A stretch of 64,000 nt of DNA from Pseudomarimonas sp. (GCA_052390415.1 JBQTGY010000027.1:2485-66484), one strand, 5' to 3'. Shown: positions 1-14,179, counted from the stretch's first letter. Notes: generated by a model not told the origin, from the sequence alone. Made by a program: numbers and translations.

Positions 1-1
1 C

Positions 2-760
2 CTGCCCGAGGTGTGGACGCTGGCCGATCAGACCGAAGTGATCGATCTCGATGAGTTGCTGCGGCAACGCGAAGATCTGCTCGACGAGTTGGCCGAGTGC
101 CACGCGGATGGCTTCGAATCTGCCTACCGGCGCCTGCGCGCCGCGCATCCGGGGCAGCGTTTCGATGCGTCCGCATTCGCTGCGCGGCGCTTGATCGGGG
201 TCTGTCTGGATCGCCTCACCCGGCTCGACCCATCAGCGCGCATCGCCAGCGCGCACTTTGCTGGCTCGCTGTGCATGACCGATCGCCTCAACGCGCTCGC
301 CTGTCTGATCCACGTTGATGCGCCGACCGCCACGGCCGCACTCGCCCAATTTCGCGAGCACTGGCGACACGATCCTCTCGTCACTGACAAATGGCTGAGC
401 ATTGTCGCTAGCCGACCGCAGCCCGAAACGCTCGATGACATACGCGCGTTGATCGGGAGCACCGAACTTTGGCAACCCGCCAACCCCAATCGGGTGCGCG
501 CGATCCTTGGCAGCTTTGCCCGCAACAATGCCATCGCTTGCCACCGCATCGATGGCGCGGGTTATGCCTTGGTGTTCGAGCAAATCGGTTGCCTCGACGT
601 CCTCAATCCGCAGGTGTCGGCGCGCCTGTTGACCGCCTTCGAGCCGTGGCGAAAGCTCGATGGCAACCGTCGTGCATTGATCGAATCGGGCTTACGCGGC
701 TTGCTCGCCAACCAGCCCTCTGCCGATCTGCGGGATGTGCTGACGCGTTTGCTGGGGTAG
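2..760 (+). CDS. pepN: aminopeptidase N (M1 family), C-terminal fragment; 5' end outside window
   Basis: Frame is open to the window edge. The translation (DKWLSIVASRPQPETLDDIRALI, NPNRVRAILGSFARNN, LLTAFEPWRKLD) matches the conserved C-terminal domain of bacterial PepN. Confidence 0.85.
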   Translation: MPEVWTLADQTEVIDLDELLRQREDLLDELAECHADGFESAYRRLRAAHPGQRFDASAFAARRLIGVCLDRLTRLDPSARIASAHFAGSLCMTDRLNALACLIHVDAPTATAALAQFREHWRHDPLVTDKWLSIVASRPQPETLDDIRALIGSTELWQPANPNRVRAILGSFARNNAIACHRIDGAGYALVFEQIGCLDVLNPQVSARLLTAFEPWRKLDGNRRALIESGLRGLLANQPSADLRDVLTRLLG

Positions 761-820
761 CGAACGAGCCATGTGCAAGCGTGAAGGCGCTTGATTGCAA
801 CGAGCTTGTACCTGACCTCC

Positions 821-3800
821 TCACAGATTCTCGGGCGGAAACTTGCTCGGCGCTGCGGGTGCCACCGGTGCCCGTACCGCGCCTTTCTCCAACTCCTGCA
901 ACAAATGTGTGACTGCGGCTTCCAGACTGGGATCGCCGCCGGCGGCGACCAATTCCGGGCGATCAATGACCTGCATGTCAGGTGCCACACCTTCGTTCTC
1001 CACCGCCCACTGACCATCGGTATCCAGGAAGCGGAAGGTGGCAGCGAGTACGCGGCCGTTGTCGATCAGGGACGGTCCGCCGCTGATGCCAATCAACCCA
1101 CCCCAGGTGCGGGTACCGATCAATTTGCCCAGACCAAGCTTGCGGAAGTAATAAGGCAAGGCGTCACCGCCTGAGCTGGAAAGGCCATTGATCAGCATCG
1201 CCTTGGGGCCGAGATGAGACAGCAACGGCGTGGCATTGGGTTCCAAGCCGCGGCGCTTCCAGTAGTTGAGCGGCTGGCGTGAAAGCAGCTCGATCATCCG
1301 ATCAGGAATGAAGCCGCCGCCGTTATATCGATCATCGATGATCAGCGCCTCCTGCGAGGCATAAGCGAGCATGCCGCGGAACAGTTCGCGATTGCCTTCC
1401 ACCGCGGTGTTGGGCACGTGGATGTAGCCGATGCGACCGCCGGAAAGTTCTTCCACGCGCCGGCGTTTCGTCGCGACCGCATCGAGATAGCGCAGCGACA
1501 GTTCCGAACTCAGTGCTTTCACTCGCACCGTGCGCGCGCTTGCTTTGTCAGCGGCTGCGGCAAGCCGCAGTTCGACCACGTGATCGCCCTTGTTTTCCAG
1601 CAGGCGATAGAGGTTGTCGACGCCCAAGGTACTGACGCCATCGATGGCCAACAGCAGCTCGCCCTCCTTGCCGTTGACGCCAGGCTCGGTGAAAGGCGAG
1701 CGCCGCGCCGGGTCCCAGTTCTCGCCGGCAAAAATCTTCTCGATACGCCAGTAACCGCTGGAGTCCTTGGCCAGTTCCGCGCCGAGCAATCCGCCCGGCT
1801 TGCGCGGCACCTGGGTCTGATCGCCGCTCTCGACGTAGACGTGGCCCGCGTTCAACTCGCCGGCCAGCTCTTGCAACAGATAGTCGAGATCGGCGCGGCT
1901 GCCGACGTGTGCGACCAGCGGCTCGTAGCGCGCGCGAATGGCATCCCAGTCTTGCCCGTGCATGCCGGCGTCGTAGAACCAGTCACGCAGCACGCGCCAG
2001 CTGTCGACGAACATGTGCTTCCACTCGCGTCGCGGCTCGATACGCAGCTCCATCCCGGCGAGATCGAGCTTGCCAGCGTCAAAATCAGCAGACGGTTTCG
2101 CGTCGACGATGGCGAAGTCGGGGCCACGTTGCAGCAACAATTTCTCGCCGTTCGCACTCAATACGTAGCCATTGACCTTGGCGACTGACTTGGGCTTTTC
2201 CTCATCCAGGCCGATGAACTGCAAATCGGCCGGCTCCGCACCATCGGCGAGGGCGGCGACAAACACGCCTTCTTCATTGGCGCTGAGCCCACCGTAGTTG
2301 GCTGGCGGCGCATTCAATGCGATCACCCGCTGGTTGAAGCCGGGAATATCGATGCGCAAGGTTGCCGGCAGCTTGCTTGATTTGTCGTCGTCCTTGTCCT
2401 TGTTGTCGGTCTCGCTGGTCGCACCCACTTCGTCGGATTTCGGACGCAGCAAGGGTGGTCCATCGGCGGCCAAAGTCGCGGCGTAGACGCGGGTTGCGTT
2501 GGTGTAGAGATAATTGAATTCGTAGGCGCTGAAGGTCAGGCCAAAATCGCGGTCGGAGAGAAAATACAGGTAGCGTCCCTTCGGATCGAAAGCGGGTTGC
2601 CTCGCGCTGGTTTGATCTTCGGTGAGCTGACTCGCTTGCCCGCTGGCCAGTGAGTACAACCAGATCGCGTTGTTGCGATTGTTCGACACCTTCGAATACG
2701 CCAGCCAGCGACTGTCCGGCGACCACACGTAGTCGCTGATTTCATCCACCGTGCCCAGATCCACATCCGTGGTCACGCCGCTGGTCACCTCCAGCATCCG
2801 CAGACGTTGGCGCTTGTCGGCGAACGCGAGGCGGCTGGAATCCGGCGACCACACCGGTGCAAAGCGCCAGGTATCGCCATCATCCGTGACTTGTCGCGGC
2901 GTGCCACTGCCGTCTTGGGCGCGCACGTAGACTTCATATTCGCCCGTAGCGTCGGACAGATAGGCGATCCACTTGCCGTCCGGCGACCAGCTGACACTCA
3001 TCTCCCGCGCATCGGGGGTGCGACTCAAGGGACGCACTTCGCCGTGTTTGGCGGGCACGCTGAACACCTCGCCACGTGCGCCGAATACCGCGCGCTCACC
3101 GCCCGGCGCGATCGCAAACGACTCGATGAAATCCTTGGCTTGCACAAACCGCGGCAGCGTTTCCGGCAAGTCGCCTTGAATGCGGATCGGCACCTCGACG
3201 CTGGTCTGCTTGGCGGGATCAAAGTGCCACAGGCCACCACCGTTTTCGAACACGATGCCGCCAGGTCCGGCGCTGGGCCACAGCACGTCGAATTCACTGA
3301 AGGTGGTCAGCTTGGTCGGTTCGCCGCCGGTGGGCGCGATCGAATACAGATTCAGCGTGTACTCGCGATCGGAAACGAAATACACCTTGTCTCCCAGCCA
3401 CATCGGCTGGTGATCGGTGGCGCGATCCGTGGTCAATTGCAATGAACTGTTGGCGGTCAGATCAAAGATCCACACGTCCTGCGCGCGGCCGCCGCGATAA
3501 CGCTTCCAGCTGCGGAAGTCGCGATCGATCGGCGTGTAGACAAACTTGCTGCCATCCGGGCTGAACGATCCGCCGCCGCTTTCGGGCATTGGCATGGGTT
3601 TCTCCATGCCACCAGCGATAGGCACCAGATAAGGTCGCCCGTCGCGCTCACTCCAGGGATTGCGATTCATACGCACCGCGATGTGTTGACCATCCGGCGT
3701 CCAATCCAGCACGCGATTGTCGGTACCACCGCGCGGCGGCATCGGGCCGACATCGTTGTACCAGGTCAATTGCCGCGGCTCGCCACCACCGGCAGGAATC

Positions 3801-4081
3801 ACATACACCTGGCGGGTGCCGTTGTACTGCGCAGAAAACGCGATCCATTGGCCATCGGGGCTGAACTTGGGATACAGCTCTTGCCCCGCGTGCGAGGTCA
3901 GCCGAAATGCGGTGCCGCCCGCGAGTGGCGCGGTGTAGATATCGCCCGCGTAAACGAACACCACGCGCTCATTGTGGATATCGGGAAATCGCAGCAGCTT
4001 GCTGGGTATCGTGGGTGCCGCCGAGGCGGCAGTGGCAATCAGCAGACATCCTGCGAGCAGCGACAGAGGGGCACGGCGCAT
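821..4081 (-). CDS. tricorn protease homolog (S41 peptidase with beta-propellers and PDZ), secreted
   Basis: 1086 aa with an N-terminal signal peptide (LLAGCLLIATAASAAP). The start LRFPDIHNERVVFVYAGDIYTA is typical of tricorn-like proteases. TolB-like repeats (SPDG.WIAF) are present, and the C-terminal S41 region contains GGG and SSSGGD. Confidence 0.85.
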   Translation of the reverse strand: MRRAPLSLLAGCLLIATAASAAPTIPSKLLRFPDIHNERVVFVYAGDIYTAPLAGGTAFRLTSHAGQELYPKFSPDGQWIAFSAQYNGTRQVYVIPAGGGEPRQLTWYNDVGPMPPRGGTDNRVLDWTPDGQHIAVRMNRNPWSERDGRPYLVPIAGGMEKPMPMPESGGGSFSPDGSKFVYTPIDRDFRSWKRYRGGRAQDVWIFDLTANSSLQLTTDRATDHQPMWLGDKVYFVSDREYTLNLYSIAPTGGEPTKLTTFSEFDVLWPSAGPGGIVFENGGGLWHFDPAKQTSVEVPIRIQGDLPETLPRFVQAKDFIESFAIAPGGERAVFGARGEVFSVPAKHGEVRPLSRTPDAREMSVSWSPDGKWIAYLSDATGEYEVYVRAQDGSGTPRQVTDDGDTWRFAPVWSPDSSRLAFADKRQRLRMLEVTSGVTTDVDLGTVDEISDYVWSPDSRWLAYSKVSNNRNNAIWLYSLASGQASQLTEDQTSARQPAFDPKGRYLYFLSDRDFGLTFSAYEFNYLYTNATRVYAATLAADGPPLLRPKSDEVGATSETDNKDKDDDKSSKLPATLRIDIPGFNQRVIALNAPPANYGGLSANEEGVFVAALADGAEPADLQFIGLDEEKPKSVAKVNGYVLSANGEKLLLQRGPDFAIVDAKPSADFDAGKLDLAGMELRIEPRREWKHMFVDSWRVLRDWFYDAGMHGQDWDAIRARYEPLVAHVGSRADLDYLLQELAGELNAGHVYVESGDQTQVPRKPGGLLGAELAKDSSGYWRIEKIFAGENWDPARRSPFTEPGVNGKEGELLLAIDGVSTLGVDNLYRLLENKGDHVVELRLAAAADKASARTVRVKALSSELSLRYLDAVATKRRRVEELSGGRIGYIHVPNTAVEGNRELFRGMLAYASQEALIIDDRYNGGGFIPDRMIELLSRQPLNYWKRRGLEPNATPLLSHLGPKAMLINGLSSSGGDALPYYFRKLGLGKLIGTRTWGGLIGISGGPSLIDNGRVLAATFRFLDTDGQWAVENEGVAPDMQVIDRPELVAAGGDPSLEAAVTHLLQELEKGAVRAPVAPAAPSKFPPENL

Positions 4082-4213
4082 GGGTTTTCATCTCGGGTAG
4101 GCGAACCTCTGGATTGTAAACATCGACCCACATTCGGCGTGTGCCGAAAGGCTGACAGCGCGCAGCAATGCTGCCGATGACACGACAACAAGCCGCTGTA
4201 ATAGGATGCCCTC

Positions 4214-5785
<1,572 letters not shown>

Positions 5786-5789
5786 GCGG

Positions 5790-6828
<1,039 letters not shown>

Positions 6829-6830
<2 letters not shown>

Positions 6831-8376
6831 ACTCCAATCCAAAAAACCTCCGAATCTTCGCGCTGATCGCATCCTCCTGCCGTTCACCGCCATTGCTTGC
6901 CGCCTTCTCCTGGGCATTCGTCAATCCACCCATGCGTTCGCTGATCACGCGGGACACTTCATCGGCGATGTCGGGGCGGGTCCGCAACACGGCCTCGAAG
7001 CCAGCTTTGTCCAGGCGCAGGCAGTGCGCGTCGGTGCGGGCGACCACGCTGGCGCGGCGGGGTTCGCCGGTCATCAGGCCCATTTCGCCGAAGACGCTGC
7101 CGGCATCCAGGGTGGCTACGCGGGTCTTGATGCCGTCGCGCTCGGACCAGACTTCCACCTCGCCTTCGACCACCAGGTAGAGCCAGTGCGCGACGGCACC
7201 TTGGCGGGTGATGGTGTCGCCGCTGACAAACGGTGCGCTGACCATGTTGGCCGCCAAGGCCTCGCGCTCGCTTTCCGATAACGAGCGAAACAGGTCGACG
7301 CCGGCCAGGGCGCGACTGCGACGCGCCACTTCTGTCGCTCGCAACGAAGCTTGGCGCGCATCGTTTTCCTTGGTGATCAGGCGTTCTTCCTGAACCACGG
7401 TCAATTCAATGTTGTGTCGCGCCAATGCGGCCAGCGCGTGCATGCGCACGGCTGAGTCGCTGGGATCGTCGGCGCGGGGATTCTCGATCCAGAAGCGCAA
7501 GGCATAACGACCGTAGCCGGCGGCAGTGTCCATCAACACCGCACTGGGCGGCGGGTCTTGCATCACGTTGGCAATTTCCGCCAGTCGCACCGAATCTTCC
7601 AGCACGCTGCACACCCGACTGGGTGACACCGCGAGATCCAGATTGAAATAGACCCAACGCCGCCAGCGAGTGCGCGCATCGCGGCGCGAGCCAATGATGT
7701 GGAAGCGATTCTTCACCAGCCAGCCATTCGGAATGATGACGGTTTCGCGATCACGGGTTTCGATGGCCGTATGCCGCCAGCGCACGTCGACCACCTGGCC
7801 ACCGACGCCATCGACCTTGACCCAGTCGCCGACCCGCACCGAGTCGTCCAGCTGCAACACCACGCCGCCAAGAATGTTGCCCAAGGTGTCCTGCATCGAA
7901 AACGCCAGCACCGCGGTGATCACCGCTGAGGTTGCGACCAGACTGGTGAGATCCAGACCCGCTCCGTGCAACCAGAACAGCAACCACGCCGCGGCCAGTG
8001 CGGTGGTGGTCAAGTCTTCAACGATGCGCGGTGTGCCCAGTCCCAGCGCCGGCAGAGCGGCGCGAAACACGATGATGCAGCCGAGTCGGATGATGACCGC
8101 GCCGAGGCCTACGATGGCGACGCCCGACAGCACACTGGCGACCCGCGGCACTTGCCACGCTTCGAGGGCGACACCAGCGAGATCGAGCACCACCAACAGC
8201 CCAATCATCACCAACATGCCGCGAATGGCGGCGCGATCGGGCGCACGCACGGCCAGCGCCAGCAAGCCCAGCACCAGCCCGAACGCCGCGCCGAGGGTAA
8301 TCTCGCCATGCAACATGTTGAAATCCACACTTCCCCCTTTGACGCCGTCGTCACGTTGCGGCGGCCGATGCATCAT
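6829..8376 (-). CDS. mechanosensitive ion channel (MscS family) with C-terminal cyclic-nucleotide-binding domain
   Basis: TM helices plus an MscS beta-domain (VRVGDWVKVDGVGGQVVDVRWRHTAIETRDRETVIIPNG). The C-terminal cNMP-binding fold contains FGEMGLMTGEPRRASVVA. I chose the ATG-ATG at 8376; the first 116 codons of the 631-aa ORF look non-coding. An alternative start is at 8316. Confidence 0.8.
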
Positions 8377-8438
8377 GCCTTGGGCCGCAGACCTCAGGCG
8401 AGCGCGGCAGAAAATCCTGAATGGAGGCCACAGCGAAC

Positions 8439-8855
8439 ATGAGCGAAAAACCTGATCGTCGCGGCTTCGTGCTGGCTCGTGATGTGCTTGGATTCCAATT
8501 GAAGCTGGTGATCGACGCGTTGCGGGATGTGGTGACCAGTCCGCTGGCTTTGCTCGCGGCGGGCCTCGACTTGGTGTTGTTGAAACGACAGCCGCCACGC
8601 TATTTCCGCGCGGTGTTGCAGTTGGGTCGACGCAGCGAAGACTGGATCGACCTGTGGTCTTCGACGTACGACCAGCACGCGCAGCCGGAGAACGTCGATG
8701 CGGTGCTCGACAGCGTGCAAGCACTGCTGCGCGATCCGCGCGCCGGCGCTCGCAAGGCGAAGGTGCTGAAGCGCTGGGCCGAGCGGGAGATCAGACGCCG
8801 TGCGCGAACACCGTTGCAGCACTCAGTCACGCCGGCGGACACTGGCCAAGACTAG
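8439..8855 (+). CDS. hypothetical protein (138 aa)
   Basis: ATG at 8439 is preceded by GGAGG at 8423-8427. It is divergent from the MscS gene. Composition is plausible but I recognise no motif. Confidence 0.45.
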   Translation: MSEKPDRRGFVLARDVLGFQLKLVIDALRDVVTSPLALLAAGLDLVLLKRQPPRYFRAVLQLGRRSEDWIDLWSSTYDQHAQPENVDAVLDSVQALLRDPRAGARKAKVLKRWAEREIRRRARTPLQHSVTPADTGQD

Positions 8856-8867
8856 GGTGCCGCCGCG

Positions 8868-9042
8868 GTAGCTTGTGGGAGCGGCGGCAGCCGCGATGCG
8901 CTTCGTCGCCAACTCGAGCAATCGCGGTTTCCGCCGTTGGGCTGCTGCGCATGCGCTCGGTCCAACAAACATGCCATAGGGTGCGTCTTGACGCACCAGC
9001 ACTTGGCTTGAACCGCAGCCGGTGCGTCAAGACGCACCCTAC
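8868..9042. repeat. REP-like hairpin cluster
   Basis: TGTGGGAGCGGCGGCAGCCGCGAT has an inverted partner ATCGCGGTTTCCGCCGTTGGG. In addition, TAGGGTGCGTCTTGACGCACC (8976-8997) has its exact reverse complement at 9021-9042. Confidence 0.8.
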
Positions 9043-9259
9043 CTCGCTATTGGCCTCGCTCCGGAGCGGCATCCTTCACGCCCATCCCGTCGCGATCCCA
9101 CTTCCGCTTCATCCGTTACAGCCCACTAGGTCTGCGCCTTCCGTTGGTCGTGGCGAGGAATCGCACCGCCGCGAAAGCAGCGCAGCAAGCACCGCTGCCT
9201 TTCTCAAGCCAGCTTCGGCCCTGCTAACCTCCGTGCTGGTTTTTCATCGGGCCGTCGTC

Positions 9260-11707
9260 ATGCGCCAATTCCCTTCGCCAGTTGCCTGGATCCTGCTTCC
9301 CATCGCAGCCGCATGCGGCTCCCACGCCATCGCCTCGGAACGACCGTCCTGGCAAGTCGAGTTGGAGCAGATCATGGCCGAGCCCGATTGGATCGGGCAG
9401 CCGGTGGAGGCGCCGTATTGGGCCTTGGATGGCAGCAGCATCCAGTATTCGCTTCGCCGAGCGGGCAGTTCGCGCCGCGATGCCGCGGTGATCCGCGATC
9501 TGTGGATCGCCAAGTTGGATGGCAGCGAGCTCGCTGGCAGCGCACCGCGTGCGGTCGAGGATGCGGAGCGCAGCGGTCTGGATGCCGCCAATCCGGTGTT
9601 TGATCGTTCGCGCAGCCGCGCCCTGTTCGTTCGCGACGGCGATGTTTTTGTGCGCGATCTGGCCGGCCACGGTGCACCGGAGGCGCTGACGCGCAGCGCG
9701 GCCGTCGAAGCCAGCCCACAATTTTCCAGTGACGACCAGCGCGCACACTGGCGCGTCGGCAACGACTGGTTTGCATATGACTTTGCGAGCGGGCAGACCC
9801 TCGCACTGCCCATCATCAAGGCCGAAAAGGATCCCGAAGCCGCTCCCGAAGCCGATGTGCTGCGCGATTTGCAAGTGCGCTTGATCAGCACATTGGCCCG
9901 CGAGAAGGCCCAGCGCGAGGCATTTCAGGTGCGCCAACGCGAGTTGCTCAAGGCCGAGCCCAGTCGCGCACCGATGCCGATCTATCTGGGCGACACGCTG
10001 CGGATCATGGATGTGCGGCTGTCGCCCGATGCGCGTTACATGCTGGCCGTCACCGAGCTGAAAACGGCTGAGGCAGGACAAGTCGGCAAGATGCCCTTGT
10101 ATGTCACCGAGAGTGGTTACGAGGCGGCCGAAGATGTGCGTACCCGCGTCGGTCGCAATCCACTGATCGCGCAAAGCCTGCATGTGATTGATCTAGCCGA
10201 CGGCAGCGTGCACGTGATCGATGTGAAGCCACTGCCCGGCATCGACCGTGATCCGCTGGCCGAGCTGCGCAAGACGGCCAAACTCAAGCCGTTGGAAGGG
10301 CTACGAGCGCTGCAGTTGATGGATGCCCATTTCAACCAGAACGGCACCCGTCTGGCAGTGGCCTTGCGTGCCAATGACAACAAGGACCGCTGGATTGCCG
10401 AGATCGATCTTGCCGAGAAGAAGCTGCAGCCGCGCCACCGACTGACCGACCCGGCGTGGATCAACTGGAACTTCAACGAATTCGGCTGGATGGCGGATCA
10501 GCAGACGCTATGGCTGATGTCTGAGGAAAGCGGCTTTTCGCATCTGTACACGCTGGCTCAAGGCGACAAGCCCAAGGCACTGACGAGTGGCCGCTGGGAA
10601 GCCAGTGCAGTCACCTGGTCAGCCGATGGTGGGCGCGCGTTTTTCCTCTGCAATCGCGTCTGGCCGGGCGATTACGAAGTCTGTGCGGTGAATGCGGATG
10701 GCAGCGGTCTGGTGGAACTGACAGCGGTGGATGGCGTCGAGAGTTTTGTGCTGAGCCCGGATGATCAGAAACTGGCGCTGCGTGTTTCCAGCAGCCATGC
10801 ACCGCCGCAGTTGGCGGTACTTGATCTGGCCGAAGGCAAGCCGTCTGGTGGCAAGCTGCGCACGCTCACTGACACCCGCAGCGAGGCCTATCGCGCACGC
10901 GCGATGTTGTCGCCCCAGTACGTGCAAGTACCCTCCAAACACGGTGCCGGCAGCGTCTGGGGCAAGCTGTATCGCCCGGCCACTCTGGAGCCCGGCAAGC
11001 GCTATCCGATCGCGTTGTTCGTGCACGGCGCGGGTTACCTGCAAAACGTCAGCGCGCGTTATCCGAATTATTTTCGCGAGCAGATGTTCAACCAGATGTT
11101 GGTCGAGCACGGGTATGTGGTGCTCGATCTCGACTACCGCGCTTCCGCCGGTTATGGCCGCGATTGGCGCACCGCGATCTATCAGCAGATGGGCCATCCC
11201 GAGCTTGAGGATTATCAGGACGGCATCGCCTACCTCGTCGAGCAACACCAAGGCGACGCCAAACGCGTGGGCATCTATGGCGGCAGTTACGGTGGCTTCA
11301 TGGCGTTGATGGCCTTGTTCCGCGCACCTGAGGAGTTTCACGCAGGTGCCGCACTGCGACCGGTGACCGACTGGACCTCGTACAACCACGAGTACACGTC
11401 GAACATTCTCAACACGCCCGACACCGACCCACAGGCCTATGCCAAGTCATCGCCGATCGAGTTCGCCGCCAATCTGCAAGGGCATTTGCTGATCGCCCAC
11501 GGCATGATCGATGACAACGTGTTTTTCCAGGACAGCGTGCGGCTATCGCAACGCTTGATCGAGCTGCGCAAGGACAAGTGGACACTTGCCGCTTACCCGT
11601 TGGAACGCCACGGTTACGTGCATGCAGAAAGCTGGTACGACCAGTACCGGCGGATTTTTGAGTTGTTCGAGACGGCGTTGAAGCCGCCTGTCGAAACCAC
11701 GCGGTAG
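9260..11707 (+). CDS. S9 family serine peptidase (prolyl oligopeptidase / DPP-IV-like), secreted
   Basis: Start is at MRQFPSPVAWILLPIAAACGSHAIA (signal peptide). The catalytic region has GGSYGG, DDNV and ERHGY. The 202 codons upstream in the 1017-aa ORF run through REP sequence and are not coding. Confidence 0.85.
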   Translation: MRQFPSPVAWILLPIAAACGSHAIASERPSWQVELEQIMAEPDWIGQPVEAPYWALDGSSIQYSLRRAGSSRRDAAVIRDLWIAKLDGSELAGSAPRAVEDAERSGLDAANPVFDRSRSRALFVRDGDVFVRDLAGHGAPEALTRSAAVEASPQFSSDDQRAHWRVGNDWFAYDFASGQTLALPIIKAEKDPEAAPEADVLRDLQVRLISTLAREKAQREAFQVRQRELLKAEPSRAPMPIYLGDTLRIMDVRLSPDARYMLAVTELKTAEAGQVGKMPLYVTESGYEAAEDVRTRVGRNPLIAQSLHVIDLADGSVHVIDVKPLPGIDRDPLAELRKTAKLKPLEGLRALQLMDAHFNQNGTRLAVALRANDNKDRWIAEIDLAEKKLQPRHRLTDPAWINWNFNEFGWMADQQTLWLMSEESGFSHLYTLAQGDKPKALTSGRWEASAVTWSADGGRAFFLCNRVWPGDYEVCAVNADGSGLVELTAVDGVESFVLSPDDQKLALRVSSSHAPPQLAVLDLAEGKPSGGKLRTLTDTRSEAYRARAMLSPQYVQVPSKHGAGSVWGKLYRPATLEPGKRYPIALFVHGAGYLQNVSARYPNYFREQMFNQMLVEHGYVVLDLDYRASAGYGRDWRTAIYQQMGHPELEDYQDGIAYLVEQHQGDAKRVGIYGGSYGGFMALMALFRAPEEFHAGAALRPVTDWTSYNHEYTSNILNTPDTDPQAYAKSSPIEFAANLQGHLLIAHGMIDDNVFFQDSVRLSQRLIELRKDKWTLAAYPLERHGYVHAESWYDQYRRIFELFETALKPPVETTR

Positions 11708-11717
11708 TCAAAAGCTT

Positions 11718-11744
11718 GGCGCAATGCCCTTCGGGCATTGCGCC
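11718..11744. terminator. stem-loop between convergent genes (possible bidirectional terminator or REP)
   Basis: GGCGCAATGCCC-TTC-GGGCATTGCGCC forms a 12-bp perfect stem. The flanking T-tract is only weak. Confidence 0.4.
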
Positions 11745-11764
11745 GCCCGCGGGCTCGGGTTACC

Positions 11765-12565
11765 TCACTTGTCGCCTTCGGTCTGCATCCAATCATCAAT
11801 GCCGTACTTGGCCAGGATGATCGCCAGTTCGCCGCTTTCGCGTAGCGCGTTGGTGCCGTCAGAAAACAATTTGGCATAGGCCGCGCCGCGCGGGTCGGCC
11901 GGCGTGCAGGCGATGAAGATCGGGTCACCCTCTTTGGCGCGACCACGCTCGACGATGCGCTGATCGAGTTCCAGCTTGCGCAGGGTCTCGCGCATGACGT
12001 TGGGATCTTCGACGAAGACATCCATCCTGCGACTCACCAGCCGCGAGGCAGCACTCATCGCGACCCGACCAGCCCCGGTGACCTTGACGATGCGGGCAGG
12101 ATTGTCGCCATGGGTTTCGATGTACGGGTCCAACTCTTCGGAATAGGAATAGTCGGGAACCACGCCCAGCTTGATGCCTTCAAGGCTGGCGATGCCGTCG
12201 TATTTCCACTTTGATTCCGAGAGCACATAAAACGCGGCCGACGACAGGCCCCAACTCTGCGCGGGGAAGCTGAAGTCAGGCGCGTCGTTGCGAGTGGCCC
12301 CGACCACGCAGTCGAATTTGCCGAGACGCACGCCTTCGAGGGCGTCATCCCAGGGAAGGTGGCGATAGTCGATGGTGTGACCGGCGGTCTTGGCGATCGC
12401 GGTGGCCATTTCAATCATGTAACCGGGCGGCTTCTGGTTGCTGGGCCCGTTGTAGGGCAACCATTCGTCGGCGCGGATGCGGATGCTCTCCGCATGCAGA
12501 GGCGCATGCAAGGCCAGCAAGGATGAGAGGCAAGCGAACACGGCCAGGCGGCGCATCACGTTCAT
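11765..12565 (-). CDS. periplasmic substrate-binding protein (SBP family 3, amino-acid type)
   Basis: 266 aa with a signal peptide. ADEWLPYNG and GKFDCVVGATRN are typical of family-3 solute-binding domains. Confidence 0.6.
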   Translation of the reverse strand: MNVMRRLAVFACLSSLLALHAPLHAESIRIRADEWLPYNGPSNQKPPGYMIEMATAIAKTAGHTIDYRHLPWDDALEGVRLGKFDCVVGATRNDAPDFSFPAQSWGLSSAAFYVLSESKWKYDGIASLEGIKLGVVPDYSYSEELDPYIETHGDNPARIVKVTGAGRVAMSAASRLVSRRMDVFVEDPNVMRETLRKLELDQRIVERGRAKEGDPIFIACTPADPRGAAYAKLFSDGTNALRESGELAIILAKYGIDDWMQTEGDK

Positions 12566-12614
12566 GGCATCCCCAATGCATTGATCGGATGCTGAGCATA
12601 GCGCTACTCACGCA

Positions 12615-13529
12615 TCAGCTGAGCGCAAAATCAATCGCTGCGCATACCGCAGCCACTTGCGCTGCATTGCATTGCTCGGGGCTGGCGCGGTGGCTGTCGG
12701 GATAGACCTCGGTGGTGGTGGTGTAACGGGCGTTGGTCAAACCCGCACACAGGCCCAGCTGCTTGAATGCGTAAAGGATCACGCCCGGCGCGACGACGGT
12801 TGAGCCGATGATTTCGCCTTGTTCATCGGCCGGCGCAATGTGGGTGACCTCGGCCACGGCGCGGATGATCGCCTGCTGAAACTCGAGCTGCGGATTCTCA
12901 GCGTCACCCACGCCATAGAATCCGTCCGGGATTTCGCCGGGCGAGGAGAACTTGCCATCGCGCGCGGCCAAGGCCGGGCGAAATTCGGATTCATCCGTGT
13001 CCGTGGTTTCGTGCAAGTCGATATGCACCAGCACGTGGTCTTTCAGTGGCGCCAGCAGACGCATCAGCGCCGCCGACTCCTCGGCCGGACTGTTGTCGCG
13101 GAATGAGCGATTGGGATCGACCGCGTTTGCATTCCAGCGGTGAATCCGCTCATAAGCCCAGGGACTGACGCAGGGTGCGACCAACAGATTCACGCGACCC
13201 GCGTACCGCGCCGCGTGTTGCTCGACGAATTGCAGCGCCCCATGCACGCCGCTGGTTTCATAGCCGTGCACGCCACCCGTGACCAGCACCCAGGGCAGCG
13301 CATCGTTGCAGTCACGACTCTTGATCGCCAACAGCGGATACGCGTCGGGCGGATAGTCGAGGCGACCGTACTCCAACACCTCAAAACGATCACGCAGGCG
13401 CTCGATCGGTGCGCGCACCTCATCTTCAAAACTGCGCTGGCGCCGTTGCCGAGACTGCCACTCGGCGACTTCAGCGCTGCCCCAGGGTTGGCCAGGGGTG
13501 CCGATGGGGTAGGGTTCCTGGGACGTCAT
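12615..13529 (-). CDS. M14 family zinc carboxypeptidase-like protein
   Basis: GGVHGYE...NPWAYE-like, DPNRSF and HIDLHETTDTD are consistent with M14 and succinylglutamate-desuccinylase-like zinc ligands. Confidence 0.65.
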   Translation of the reverse strand: MTSQEPYPIGTPGQPWGSAEVAEWQSRQRRQRSFEDEVRAPIERLRDRFEVLEYGRLDYPPDAYPLLAIKSRDCNDALPWVLVTGGVHGYETSGVHGALQFVEQHAARYAGRVNLLVAPCVSPWAYERIHRWNANAVDPNRSFRDNSPAEESAALMRLLAPLKDHVLVHIDLHETTDTDESEFRPALAARDGKFSSPGEIPDGFYGVGDAENPQLEFQQAIIRAVAEVTHIAPADEQGEIIGSTVVAPGVILYAFKQLGLCAGLTNARYTTTTEVYPDSHRASPEQCNAAQVAAVCAAIDFALS

Positions 13530-13587
13530 CGAGGCTCCGTTTCCACGTTGTCAACCAGTAGTTCGACCGCCTTGATCCGGCGGGTGA

Positions 13588-14016
<429 letters not shown>

Positions 14017-14179
14017 TCATCACGGCGTAGGATTTTTCCTACACATCTGACCGGAAGCGGCCGACGGCGCAAGTCAGAACGGCCGGATAGGCTGTCCTGC
14101 ACCTGACGGTCATGGCGACCTGCCCGACCAATGCATCCAACTCCACGTCAACATGACCGTCAAGAAAGCAATGTACTTC

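Noticed and set aside
8654-9259. N-terminal 202-codon extension of the S9 peptidase ORF. The same pattern occurs at 53894-54250 before senC and at 38671-39432 before the second GT-C-like gene.
   Set aside because: The extensions run through REP elements or overlap the preceding gene. Clear signal-peptide or TM starts with better context exist downstream.
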